Shown here: piece by piece, positions 13,333-25,046 of the stretch | How the letters are laid out: every line of letters starts with the position of its first letter | Position numbering within the stretch: position 1 is the first letter of the stretch | Origin: Lama guanicoe | Taxonomy: Eukaryota | DNA: 64,000 bases | Reading direction: 5' to 3' | Assembly: GCA_013239625.1 (NCBI GenBank) | Contig: MU053379.1 | Location: forward strand, 3,268,866-3,332,865 | Notes under the pieces: generated by a model | Seen by the model: the letters and a program-made list of their open reading frames with translations, nothing else | What the model was told of the DNA's origin: nothing | Database searches by the model: none | Made by a program: the position numbers and the translations under genes

Positions 13333-14005
13333 CTTTGACCCATTGGTTACTCAGGAGTATATTGTTCAACTTCCACATATTTGAGGAGTTCCCAGTTTTA
13401 TTCCTCCTAGTGATTTCTAGTTTCATATTCTTATGATCAAAAAAGATATCTGGTATAATTTCAGTCTTCTAAAATTTGCCAGAACTTGTTTTGTGACCTA
13501 AGATATAATCTATGCTGGAGAATGTTGCGCGTACACTTAAAATGGATATACACTCTACTGTTGTTGGATGGAGCATTCTGTATATGTCTGTTAGAGCCAT
13601 TTGGTCTAAAGCATAGTTTAAGTTCAATGTTTCCTTGTTGATTTTCTGTCTGGATGACCTGTGCGTTGCTGAAAGTGTGGCACTGAAATCCCCTACTGCT
13701 ATTGTATTTTTGTCAATCTCTCCCTTCAGATCTGTTAGTATTTTCATAGTATGTTTAGGTCCTCCAATGTTGGGTGCATATGTATTTACAGTTATATATC
13801 CTGTCAATGAATTGACCCCTAAATCATTACGTAATGTCTTTCTTTGTCTCTTTTTACAGTTTTTTACTGGAACTCTCTTTTGTCTGCTATAAATGCAGCT
13901 ACATCTGCTCCCTTTCGGTTCCCAGTTGCAGGGAATATCTTTTCCCACCCCTTCACTTAGAACCAGTAGGTGTTCTTGAAGCTGAAGCGAATCCCTTGTA
14001 AGGCC
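13333..14005 (-). mobile_element. L1 ORF2 endonuclease-region fragment
   Basis: Minus ORF 13469-13948 contains NTYAPN..TIAVGDFSATLS..DRSSRQKINKET-like..TFSSIDYILGHK. Confidence 0.92.
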
Positions 14006-14024
14006 TAGGTCTTGTTTGGAATTT

Positions 14025-14620
14025 TTTTCTCTTTTTCTTTTTCTTGATATTGTACCTATGTGAAATGATAGATGCTAACTAAATTTATTGCAGTGGTCAT
14101 TTCACAATATATGTAAGTCAAACATGATGCTGTACACCTTAAATTTGTACCATGATGTATGTCAAGCACATCTCAAAAAAATGTAAAAAAGAAATAATTA
14201 CATAATAAGAAACTAGACATGATGCAAATGTCCATAAACAGTAGGCTAGGTAAATAAATTGTGTCTTACTGACACAGCAATGATTGTGATGAACTACAAC
14301 TACCTGTAACAATATGGATGAATCTTATAAACGCAATGTTGCAAGAAAGAACCCAGACACAAAAGAGCAAATACGGTGTGGTTCTATTTATGCAAAGTTC
14401 AAAAACAGGCAGAACTAATTCATGCTGTTAGGTAGAAGCGTGTTACGTCTGGGAGGGTATTGACTCAAGGGGGCGTGGAGGAGATTCTGTGATGCCGGTA
14501 ATGTTCTTTTTCCAGATCTGGTACCAGTTACACGTGTGAATCTACTTTGTGAAAATGTGTCAAACTGTGCACTTATTATATGTGTGTATTTCAGTATGTA
14601 TGCTACATTTTATAAGAACT
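14025..14620 (+). mobile_element. L1 3' UTR fragments (two ages)
   Basis: catttcacaatatatgtaagtcaaac..tacaccttaaa with an A tail, then older L1M motifs (atggatgaatctt, aaagttcaaaaacaggc). Confidence 0.7.
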
Positions 14621-14621
14621 G

Positions 14622-15098
14622 TGAAGGGGCTGAAATTTTAGGCAGGAGTTCGTGGATGCCAGCAGAAGACATGAGACTCCACGGTCAGAGACAAAGGACT
14701 TTATTATTCACAGAAATTGTGAGGTTCTTGTTTACATCAGCTCCTTTCGGCCCCTGAATATTGTGGGGTGACATAGAGGGGGGCCAGGTGAATGCTACAC
14801 CCACGCTGGGTTTGCATCAGACCTGAGAAACCCTGAGCTCAGGAAATCTCAGTCTTTTTAAGGGGCTGCAAGCAAACACTGCTCAAACTTTGTCCCACAG
14901 GTGAACATGTTCTTTATTATACTGGGCAGCAAACAAACCTGCCCTTGCCTCAGAAGGAAGCCCTCTCTCTGTCTTCCAAGGCTATTTGCTGTACAAACAT
15001 CCTTGAACAGACAGCCTGGAACAAAAGCTGTCAGTGCCTCTGCTCACAAGACATGCAGTATAAATGTGAGAGACCCAGAGAGAATTGTCTCTGGATAA
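14622..15098 (-). mobile_element. LTR40-like ERVL solo LTR
   Basis: Reverse complement reads ..gagacaattctc..gggtctctcacattt..tcttgtgagcagaggcactgac..ttcaaggatgtttgt..agccttggaaga, as recalled for LTR40. Confidence 0.7.
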
Positions 15099-15258
15099 TA
15101 CTGCCATAAAAGTGTACATTTAAAAAAAATGTCTCAGTAAATCATTTCAGGGGTCAAAGATAACGTTCCTTTGACCATTCTTTTGCTCTGAGTCGAGAGG
15201 TGATCACTGTTTTGGGGGTGCATTCCTTTCCAGACCATAACTGTACAATTACAAATAT

Positions 15259-15285
15259 ATGTGTGTGTGTGTGTGTGTGTGTGTA
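15259..15285. repeat. (TG)n microsatellite
   Basis: Direct run. Confidence 0.95.
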
Positions 15286-17999
15286 TAAAGACAGAGACAG
15301 AGATGGAAAGACAGACAGAGAGGGCAGGCGTGATGTGGAGTGCAGTATGAAACACGAGTTGAAAGTACACAGCATCATCTCCTAAGTGTCATTCTGCAAC
15401 TTGCTGTTTCCACTTAACAAGATCTAGCTCTCTTTCCCCTTCCTTCTTTCCTTGTCACTACGTGCATGCATATTTCCTTCTTTCTTCTAGCCTTCTGCAT
15501 AGGGAGCCACAGTTTAATTAAATGTTTCTCTCTTGAATGTGTTCGGTTTTTGTTGTTTGGGGTTTGGGTTTTGGGGGTTTGGGTGGGGTTTTTTGTTTAT
15601 TTGTTTTTGCTGTTACAAACCATGCTTCAGAGCCCGTTGTCAGACAGGTCTCTTTCTACATTTGTGCAAACACTTCCCTAGGGTAGGTTCCAAGGGGAAG
15701 GATTGTAGCCAAACTGCCCTCCAAAACTACTGCCCCAGTTACCTCACTAGCAGTTTCTGAGGGTGCCCACTTCCCCTTGAACTTGCCAATTTTGCACACT
15801 ATTGCTTATGTTAATTTTCATCGACTGGAAAGGAGAGGAAGCCGACCTCCTGTTGGAGGACTGGTTTGCACCGCCCTGATCTCCAGTAAGGCTGGGTGTA
15901 TTTTCACATCTCATTTCTCAGGTCACCATATCTAATGTGTACCTGCCAGGGACTGCAGTGGGCCCTTGATGTGAAGTATCCCACTTTACTCTCACAACCC
16001 ACCTGTGACGTGGCAGTGAGGCAGGGCCTCTGCTCTCCCAGGTGATGGAGGGGAAAACTGAGACTTTGGAAGAAGAAGTGGGATAACCAGCTCAGATGCA
16101 TTCATCTGGGAAGCATTTGTGGCAGTAATTTCTTTCTCCAATTAATTACACAATTTCTGTTCTCTTTTTCCCAGGTAAGAGAACCCAGACTGAGCAGTGA
16201 CATGTCAGCTTCAGATCTGTACTTCCCAGCCTTCTTCGTAGGTAGAAATAGCCTCATGAAAGTTCTCACTAAAGAGCTACAAACACAAGTTAGGGATGGA
16301 GCTACCTCCTGCAGAGCTCCTTGGAGGGACATACTGCTCAGGCCCTTTGCCTTGTCCTCCTCCCTTCTTTCTCCTTCAGATGAGATGGCTGAAACCGTGC
16401 AGCCACAATGTGACCATGAGGCCTCCTTGCAATGGAAGGGATGTTCTACAAAAGGTGAAGTAGAAAAGACAAAAGGGATCTGGAACATTAACAGCATCTT
16501 GGAGCCCATTCCCGTCTACCCTAGACTATCCACTTCCGACATTCCCGTTACATGATTGAAAAGTGACCCCCTCTGCTTTTCTGCATTTACTGAGACAGGA
16601 TTCGGACCAAAGCCAAACCCACGACCTTGACCCTCAGACGATGCTGATCACTCCTCACCACACAGCAGGGACGCTGTGACCACAGGAGTCACCGCCAGCA
16701 GCCAGTAAAGACCAGAAACATCCTGCTCTTGCTACGCTCCCACCCTGATTCCAAGTCACAGCAATTTCAGTCCCATAACACCAACCAGAGAGGTGGTGCT
16801 TGTGATGGATAAAAGCAGACACTGCCTAACACTGCACAACCTTCTTTATGGATAATATCTGCACCAGGGAGTGAAGGTTTATAGAAGAGAACACAGCAAA
16901 CATTTCAAACAGGAAGTTCCCCTTCTGGCCTCACCACTGGCTTTGCTGGGTGACCTTAGAAAATCACATCGTTTCTCTTGCTTTCCTTTCCTTACATGTT
17001 CATTAAATGGCCTTTTGTGCCGCAGGCTTGAGATGAGAGTCCAGTGGGGAAATACACATGGAAGCTTTTCAGAAAAACCAATGCTGCTCTGGACACAGAA
17101 GGAATCACTGTTTAAAGACTGGATTCCCAGTGTACGTACGTGTACACCAAGCCCGGAGAGCCTTGTGGTTATCATCGTCGCATTGTGGTGACCCCAATTT
17201 TCTCCCTCTTTTTTAGCCACTATGTTGTGGGAGACCCCAGGAGGCCCAGAAATACTGGCAGAATAGAGCTACCTTGTCACACGGAGGGGTGGGTGTCTCC
17301 CTGCATGCGCGTGTGGAAGCTTTAGCCTTTTCCTCGTTGTTTCATATATTTCGTGCACAGGATTGCTGAATATTCATTGATCTACCTGGGGCCCATGAGT
17401 GTGCTATTAGAAATGCATTGCTTATCTATAGTTCTGAAATGGTGAAGTAATTCAGCGTTGATCCTTTGCGAGATAGATTTGCTACCTTAAACCGAAGTGA
17501 CAATAACTCCCTGGCTGTCTGCGGTTCCTTCTCGAGCTGAGCTGATATCCTTGATGTCGCTAACAAACCAGAGAGCGCCTGTGAGAGTCCTGTAAGTCAC
17601 CATTAAATTGAAAAAGGCCCGAAAGAGCGAGCTCACTCCTGCGAGGGAAGAGAAGCGAGAAAAGGGCAAAGCGATGGTTGTGCGTGACTCACTCGGACCT
17701 GCTGCGGTAAATGCCCCTGGCCGGCTCTCCTTTCTCTGGGCTTGGAATTCTCTCCCGGAAGGTGTTCCTCCCGCCCAGGAAGAGCTGGCCTGGGGGCTGG
17801 CTAGTAAACATGATTTTTAAAGCCTCCTGAAACACAGATGGCCTTGTGTGGGCTACAAGCCTTTCCTTTTGCACACAGCATCCCGAGGTCCAGTTAGTCT
17901 CCACGGACTGGGGATAGGGCACCCAAACAGCATGTCACTTGGGGTCTGGGGTTTTGTGACAGCCTAGTAATGTTAAAAGAAGATGAAATAAACACTCGA

Positions 18000-19330
18000 T
18001 GAAAGAACTTCTTTCCAAAGATGACAAGCGAGCAGGTCCAGATTTGGGCTCCTGTTGCCAAATGGAACATGCAGATGGCTCTCCCAGCATATAAGGGAGG
18101 GGATATTCATGCCGCTCTGCATGAAAGGCAAGGATGGTATATTATTCGGGAAGAAATACAGCCGTGCAAAAATAACCAGTAAAAGTGCGCCTTCCGGGTG
18201 TTTTATTGTAGATTTCCGAACGTCCTTTCATTGTTTCAACAGGAGTTGCCATTTCAGCCGGCGGCGCTGACAGGCAACGCTCTGTGACATGTTGGCAAAC
18301 GATTTTACCGTTTTCCTCTCTGTCCTTATGAGTGATATTTATAGACTAAGAATTGCATTTGGTTCCGCTTTCCGACGCAGTTATCTTCAGGGGCGTGGAT
18401 TAAATGTAGATCTGGGTGTTGAAAGGCATTTACATAAGTGCTGTTTGTGAACCGGAGGCCAGTACTTCTATTATCGCCAGAACATTTAAATCTTAATGAC
18501 TGGCATTGTTGTCTAAAAGACGGTGTTTTTCCTGCTGAGAAACTGCATTAGATTCAAGAAACGGAGCTCATTTCCATTCTCTCGGCAGTCTCTCTAGAAA
18601 TGACATGCAGTGCTTGAAACTGTTTATTTCCAAATTCAGGCCTCCCTCGCATCAGTCATCAGCTTCAATTACCGGTTTTCCGGAGCCGAGCCATCAGGCA
18701 GTCTGACACCGGGGTCCGGCCTAATTCCCACCTTCTCCAGAGTCAAGAGCATAATGTGCGGATGAAAAGGTGCAAAATAGCCCGGACTTCATTAGCATGC
18801 AGGGCCCGGCTGTTCATTTGCTGGCTGCGAAGGGAAGTTCTGACACTCAGAGCCGGCTGCCAAATGAGAAAAGTCCTCTTCAGGGGAGATGGGGTCCTCG
18901 GCGGCGAGGAAAGGTCATCAAACAGACAGCCACTGCCCTTGCTCCCTGCTCTCCAGGACGACTGATTGATTCCAGGGACACCTCATTACACGCCGGATCA
19001 ACATGTTATTGCCGCGTTCTGGGACTGAACTGTTTACAAGTGTCTTTATCGCCCGCAAAGGCCTGCCCGGCGGTGCTCGGCTGCACTCATTTGGCTGTGA
19101 CCCTCCAATTATGTGTTATCCGATATGTTGCTGGGGATCTTGATCTTTGCCCGGGTCTTCTCCCCGCATCCACACAGTCCCATTTACTACTTCTTTCTAA
19201 CCACTCTTCGGGAAAGTAGCCATTAGCCTGTCAGCGTGCGCGCGCGTGCGCATGCGCGCTCTGCTGCCGGAACTCCGAGCATCGTTTCGCCGATGCCTGC
19301 TCTGCGTGAGGCTCATAATCAGGTGAGAGA
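18000..19330. promoter_or_regulatory. Enhancer-like non-coding block
   Basis: Repeat-free and CpG-retaining. SOX-type CATTGT (18229, 18504), TGACAG (18268), PBX-type TGATTGAT (18963), NRF1 consensus TGCGCATGCGCG (19247-19258). Confidence 0.5.
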
Positions 19331-19343
19331 AAGAAATTCTCTC

Positions 19344-19346
<3 letters not shown>

Positions 19347-19384
<38 letters not shown>
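19347..19384. repeat. (CT)n microsatellite
   Basis: Direct run. Confidence 0.95.
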
Positions 19385-19387
<3 letters not shown>

Positions 19388-20959
19388 ACGCACACACCTT
19401 TTTTTTTTAAGGCATGAGGATTACCCACACAATTTGCAATCAGCATGCACAGCCGGGAGCCTGAGGCGCCTTCTTACCCAGCTCCCTCTCCTCACACACA
19501 AGCCCGCCGGGAGCACTGCCATATTTCATTTGGGCACAGCCACTGCAAACCACCGCTCTAATCTTTCATCACAGACACTTCTATGGCTCCACGAAAGGAA
19601 GAGTGGAACAGCAACCCGATTAAAGACTCGGGCAGAAGATGGTGCAACCTCCCTCCTCCCCCCAAAGCGGGGACGAAGCCCTAGATTAGAGAGGAGTGGG
19701 CTCTGCGATGCAGACTGGATTTCCATTTCCCTCCGGTGGTGACTGCTGGCTTCTCTCTAATGATGCTGTGTGTTGACAACTTCGGTTCATTGCCACGAAT
19801 GTTGCTCTGGGGAGATTTAACGACCGCTGAAACTCTGGGCCATTTCCACCAAGTACTAAGGGTGGGGGGGTTGCATTTACAACTCCAGTAGCCATCAGGA
19901 ATGGCTCCTTAATGAGTCTTCCAGTCGGAGAACGTAGCAAAGCAAATGCCAAGAAACTTGCCTTTACGTTTCCTGGAAGAGCGTACCCCTTGGCAACAGG
20001 CACAGACTACGAGTGAAGTGAAACTCAAGACTAACTGCCTTCAGAAAGGGGACACCTGCATGTCCATTCATGCCCAGCAGTTTCCCAGATTCCCCTGGTA
20101 GTTACCTTTAATTCTCTACAGACGTTATTTTTCCATCTTTCAAATTTGTGGAGAGGAGTTTGGTAAAGTTCTCAAGTTCTTGTCCTTTCTGAAATCCCTG
20201 GGTCCTGGCTTCCTGACAAGTGACTAACTGAAAAGGCTGAATAAAGCCCCCGCGTGCGGGTGCTCCAGCTCAGTTAAAGAGCCCACCAAGTGTTTGAAGA
20301 CACTGCAAATTCTGTGGTGTCATCAACCAACAAATAGCCTTTGGAAGAGGTGTCGATGATGGCAAGGATTGCTCTGGGTTTATTTTTGGAGACATGATTG
20401 AACGTGGAGCAGTTTGGTCAAGGGATAAAGGTAAAACAAGTGGGGCTGTTTACCAGGCTTCCCATCTGAAGAGCGCGTCTCACTGTGATTAGGATTCAGA
20501 GAATGCCAAAAAGGCTGGCTCCCAATAACCAGGGGTTACCCACAAGGAAAAGAATTTCTTTATGCACTTACAAGAGGTTGTAAAGATGAAGCAATGCAAG
20601 CACGCGGTCAGTGGGCTGTGGGGGGCTGGATGTTCTGGGCAGAAGGAAGAGCTCCTTCCAGGGTCTTCCAACAATTTTTATAACCAGCCCACTTCTTATT
20701 TCCACCATAAAAAAAGAATTCCTTTCTGTTATGGCTTTAACGCCTCATCTTCAGTATGAACCCCCCAAACTGGTACCAGAAGATTCTCTTTAGCTAAGAA
20801 GATGACCAGTAATCCTTGACCCTCTGGCTCTCTCTCCCTTCTTTAGGAATCACACATACCTCTTTTCTGATGGTTAATAAAACAAGCAGACATCATCTGC
20901 AAGCACAGTGACGTGGTGAAATGATCAGATGGTAAGTGACGAAACAGACCCTTGTTTTA

Positions 20960-21200
20960 AAAGTCATTTATTAAATGTAACTTTGTGCCAGGGAACTTTC
21001 TAGAAACTTAGCATACATTTACTTATTAAAAACAATCCCATGACTTGGGTATTCCTAGTCCCATTTTCCAGATGAGGAACCCTATTCACACACCTGAGTT
21101 TTCAAATGTCCCAAGGTCGCCAGGCTCATGACAGGGGCAGAATTGAAACCCAGGTGTGACTCCCGGCAGAGTCCAGGCTGCCTTCTGCCTCTCCTAGAGC
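20960..21200 (-). mobile_element. MIR SINE
   Basis: tgtgccagg..cccattttccagatgaggaac..cccaaggtcgc..ggcagaattgaaacccagg core. Confidence 0.75.
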
Positions 21201-22689
21201 CAGAGACCGTAACAAAGTCCATAACAAAGTCCATAAAGTGCATCTTCTGCCTGGCAGCCAACGTCAACCCACAACACGCTGCCAGTCACGACAATGTGCA
21301 GAAACCTCCATCCTCTCCACCTCTCATATCCTTGGTCACAAGGTGGGCTGTGCAAGCCTTCTTTCATTGACATAAGCAAGAAGGTTTCGATCCAGAAAGG
21401 CAATTCAGAGCACGTAGTTCAAAAGTGTGGTGGGGGTGTATATTCAGGGAGCTACAGAAGGACCCCCGCCAGTGACTAGGAGCAACCAGGGCAGTTTCAT
21501 CAGTTTTCAGCACTTTGCTCATCCCGGTCGTCTGCTGAGCTTCCTTTAGTGCTTCTACTAAAGGTTTTACTGAAACACGACAACAGTACCGATTCCACTC
21601 CCCGCAGACCCCACGGGTGAGTTTTCCCACAGGCTTACTCTGCCTTCAGGACCGTCGTACCTAAGGGGCCAGTCACAGCATAGAAGGCTGGATCCCAGAG
21701 ACTGGAGGAATGTCCATCCGCTGATGGCAAAGCCACTCAGATGTGCTTCATAGGTTCTGGAATCTTCCTTTCACTGCACCCGCTTCCGTTTCTCTCTTGT
21801 CCGTGAGAACTCTAGCCACTTTTGAATGCCCAGGACAACGTGTTATTCAGAATGTGTCCTGGACAACTGGCCTGGCAAACATGAGTGAAACGTGTCCACA
21901 GGGACCCCCTCTTCAGCTCTTCTTCCTTCAGCATCAGTGGCCTCCAGTCTCCCAGCACATTCATGCCACCCCAGTTTCTTCTGTGAGAAAAAAAAAAAAA
22001 AACACTGTGCTTACCACTTGATTTGTGCTAAGTCATCAGAGATTCAAATTCCTCCCCTATCACCACTTCCATTCCATCTCCAATGGGCAGTACTTGCATT
22101 TTAAAAGAGGACAAGGCGTGACACAGGAAACAGTGCATCATGGGCGGAGAGGTGGTGTTGGAAGGAGAAGCCTTCCAGGGACCGTCCAAGGGATCCAGCC
22201 CAGTTACAGACATGGCCGTTCCCGCCTGCAGGTGTATCTGTCACCTGAGCCTCATGTAGGCTGGGAGGAGTTCAGAATTACTTGATTTTTCAGAACAAGC
22301 TCAACTACAAAAGAGCCCTACTGACCTAGATCTTAGCCCAAGGGCATCTGTCGCTCCCTCCACCAGCCCCGACTTCTCTGTCCTTCCCTTGTCTTTGCAC
22401 CGACACACACCAGCAGCCCACAGCGTGCTCCGAACTGTGCAAAACATTCTCCAAACTCTAACCTACAGTTTCTGCCTTCAAAGAGCCAACATGAACAGCA
22501 ACAAAAGGTCTCATGAGTCAGCAAACAAGTAAGGACAGAATAACGCTTGTGTGTGGGAAGAGGCGCCCTAGGCGTTCAGACGGGGCAGAAGGCGCAGGCG
22601 GGCAGCAGGCGGGGAAGGCTTGCTATCTGAGGCAGGCTGGGGTGCGGCTTGGGGATGTGAGTACGTCGAAAGGGGCAAGGACATGCCAG

Positions 22690-23150
22690 GGCCATATTTG
22701 TCTTGTCTACCCCTTTCCCGTACACACCTGCAGCTCCTCCCATCAAAAGCAGGAGCCTGTCTCCATCTGCTTGAATCTCGGAAGACCGTGTGACCTGCTT
22801 TAACCAACAGAATGAGATGGGAGTGACACGTGGAGACCTCCAGTGCCACAGGTCCTCCACAGACCAGCAGCTTCCACCTCCTCCCCCTTGGAGCCTAGCC
22901 GCCATGCTCTGAGCAAGTCCAGGCCAAGCTACGGAATGATGGAGACCATGTGAAGAGAGGTCCCGGAAGATGAGAGGCCACCTGGGTCACTCCACATGAG
23001 TAAGCCCACCTGACCGTCCCTGGAGACGTGCCCAGCAAATCCTGCCTGCCTGAGTCCCCGACTCACAGGGCTGCGGGAGGTAATAAACTGCTGTTGTTTG
23101 AAGCCACTTATTTGGGGCAGTTAGTTAAGCGGCAATAGGTAAGTGGTACA
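22690..23150 (+). mobile_element. MLT1 (G/H-type) MaLR LTR
   Basis: ctcctcccatcaa..cttgaatct..gtgacctgctttaaccaacagaatg..aataaactgctgttgtttgaagccact..gcaataggtaagtggtaca. Confidence 0.75.
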
Positions 23151-23329
23151 GTGGAGACCAAGGTGGGGACACAGTGATGAGCTGCTTTCCACATAAAAGG
23201 GTGGTGTGAATGAAAACGGACACATGTGGTACTTGGGGTGCCCTCAACTGAGTAACCAGCCTGGCTAGAGCAAGTGTTTCAGATTCGCACCTAGAATAAT
23301 GTCGATGGATTAACCAGCCCCAGGTAACT

Positions 23330-23770
23330 CTCATGTGGGAGGGGGATGCTTCTGCAGCGGAGGCTGTCTGCAGCGTACACCAGCTCCATGTCCAAGCACC
23401 AGCACCTGTGTTTCACTGTCCGAGGGCTTTTTTGTTGCTGTTTGGCTCCCAGAGCCCACCTGCGTATGCAGCAGGTTGGAGGTGCTGGGGAAAGGATGCC
23501 CTGCAGGAACAACCCTTCCGCTAATGTCCGATGAGCTTCAGTGCGCAAATATCCCAGCTCAGGTGGACTCACTCTAAGGCGGGTGTTCTGTACTGTGTCC
23601 CAGAGAGTTCAATGGTGGAGCTAAATCCTGGTTGCCCAGTGGTAACTTGGTCCGTGATGCACCTGCTGGTTGCCTCCCCTCCGCTTTATTCAGCCCCACT
23701 TCCTACTGGTATTTCCTGAGTTCACCTCCCAATAAACTGCTTGCATTTGGAGAAACCCAAACTAAGATAC
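23330..23770 (+). mobile_element. LTR16-like ERVL LTR
   Basis: Ends cacctcccaataaactgcttgca..gaaacccaaactaagata. Confidence 0.65.
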
Positions 23771-23809
23771 TCTCACTTTACAGTTAAGAAAAATAAAGCC
23801 AGGATGCAG

Positions 23810-24150
23810 ATTCCTTAGAGTGAGTGCCATAACAAAGTGAACCAAAATACGCCGTTTTTTCAACAAAATAGAAATTTATTTCTCTCCAAGTAGCAATGCA
23901 GGATGAGAAGGCAGACTCTGCTCCAGGAAGTCATCTTGCAAACCCAGGCCATGGAGTGGGGCTCCATCATCCTTCCACTAGCATCGTTCCCAGACAGCAG
24001 GAAGGAACAGGAAGGTGCAAGTAGGAGATGACAATTCCTCCCATCACTTCTACTTGCATTTCATTGGTGAGAACCTAGTCACATGGGCCACGTGCAGCTG
24101 CAAGGGCTGCTGGGGAATGTAGTCCAGATGGACAGCCACATGCCCAGTGA
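23810..24150 (-). mobile_element. Old MLT1 LTR fragment
   Basis: gaaatttatttctctc..catttcattggtgagaacctagtcacatgg..gctgcaagggctgctggggaatgtagtc. Confidence 0.6.
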
Positions 24151-24939
24151 GAAGAAAATAAATCGGTGAGAGCTCCTGACACGGGGGGATGAGGTGACTG
24201 CCCACGTGCCTGCAGCTAGCTAGTGGACAGCTAGAACTGTCAGCCTTCTGCCCACCATTTTTTTCCCTTCTACCCCCGCATTGATTCCAGCCTGACCACG
24301 GCAGGTCTCAAACATCATGCCTGAGTCTGACCTCCTGCAGGGTCCACCTCCCCTCGTCACAGAGTCAGCCGAATAAGCCCTGGGAGCCCCTGTCAGGGTC
24401 AGTCCACACCCGGCTGCTAGACGGGGCCTCTGGCCGAAGCGAATGGCGTAGGGTCCCACAGTCCCTACCGCTCATGACCTTCCTTTTAAGCAGAGGCAGC
24501 CAGCCTCACTGCTAGCCCATGCTGCCCCATAGCACACATTTTTAAAATATCATAACAATGGCCCTCTTCCTCAAGGAAACATACTGCCATACACCACAAC
24601 ATACACGTGTAAACCCACAGCGGTGTGAAGGGCGCCCCTGGAGTTAGGGGAAGTTGTCAACTTGTCAGTCACAACCACAAGTCCTGGGCAGCAGAGAGAG
24701 AGGCAGGAGCCACGGGGTGGGCTGACATCTGTGATGATCGGGGACACTTTGCAGTCATCTCGGAAGAACTTGGACTTGTTCCCGTGGCTTGCAGTTATCC
24801 ACAGGCTGATAAGTGCTGATGCTCTTTCCTCTCAAACACAGTGTCAGGGACAGAGATGCCCACCGAGCAACAGCGCCCAGCACAGCTCATTGCAACATGA
24901 CAATAGAGGAAAGTGAGAGCAGACAGGATTGTCCAAGTG

Positions 24940-25046
24940 GAGGAGGGGGCATAACACGCACGAGGTCCTGGGTTCAACGCCAGTACGTCCACTAAATAAA
25001 TAAATGCATAGGTAAATAAGCACACCTAATTACCTGCCCCCACAAA
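24940..25046 (+). mobile_element. Camelid-type tRNA SINE, internally deleted (A-box region missing)
   Basis: B box GGTCCTGGGTTCAA and tail acctaattacctgccccc; imperfect TSD ggattgtccaagtg (24926-24939) / agactgtctaagtg (25047-25060). Confidence 0.8.

Noticed and set aside
13469..13948. 159-aa ORF, plus ORFs at 4910, 39087 and 46601, as genes
   Set aside because: They are fragments of L1 ORF2, truncated and frameshifted.
21210..21237. 12-bp tandem duplication (and the 8-mer x3 at about 51643)
   Set aside because: Ordinary slippage duplications.
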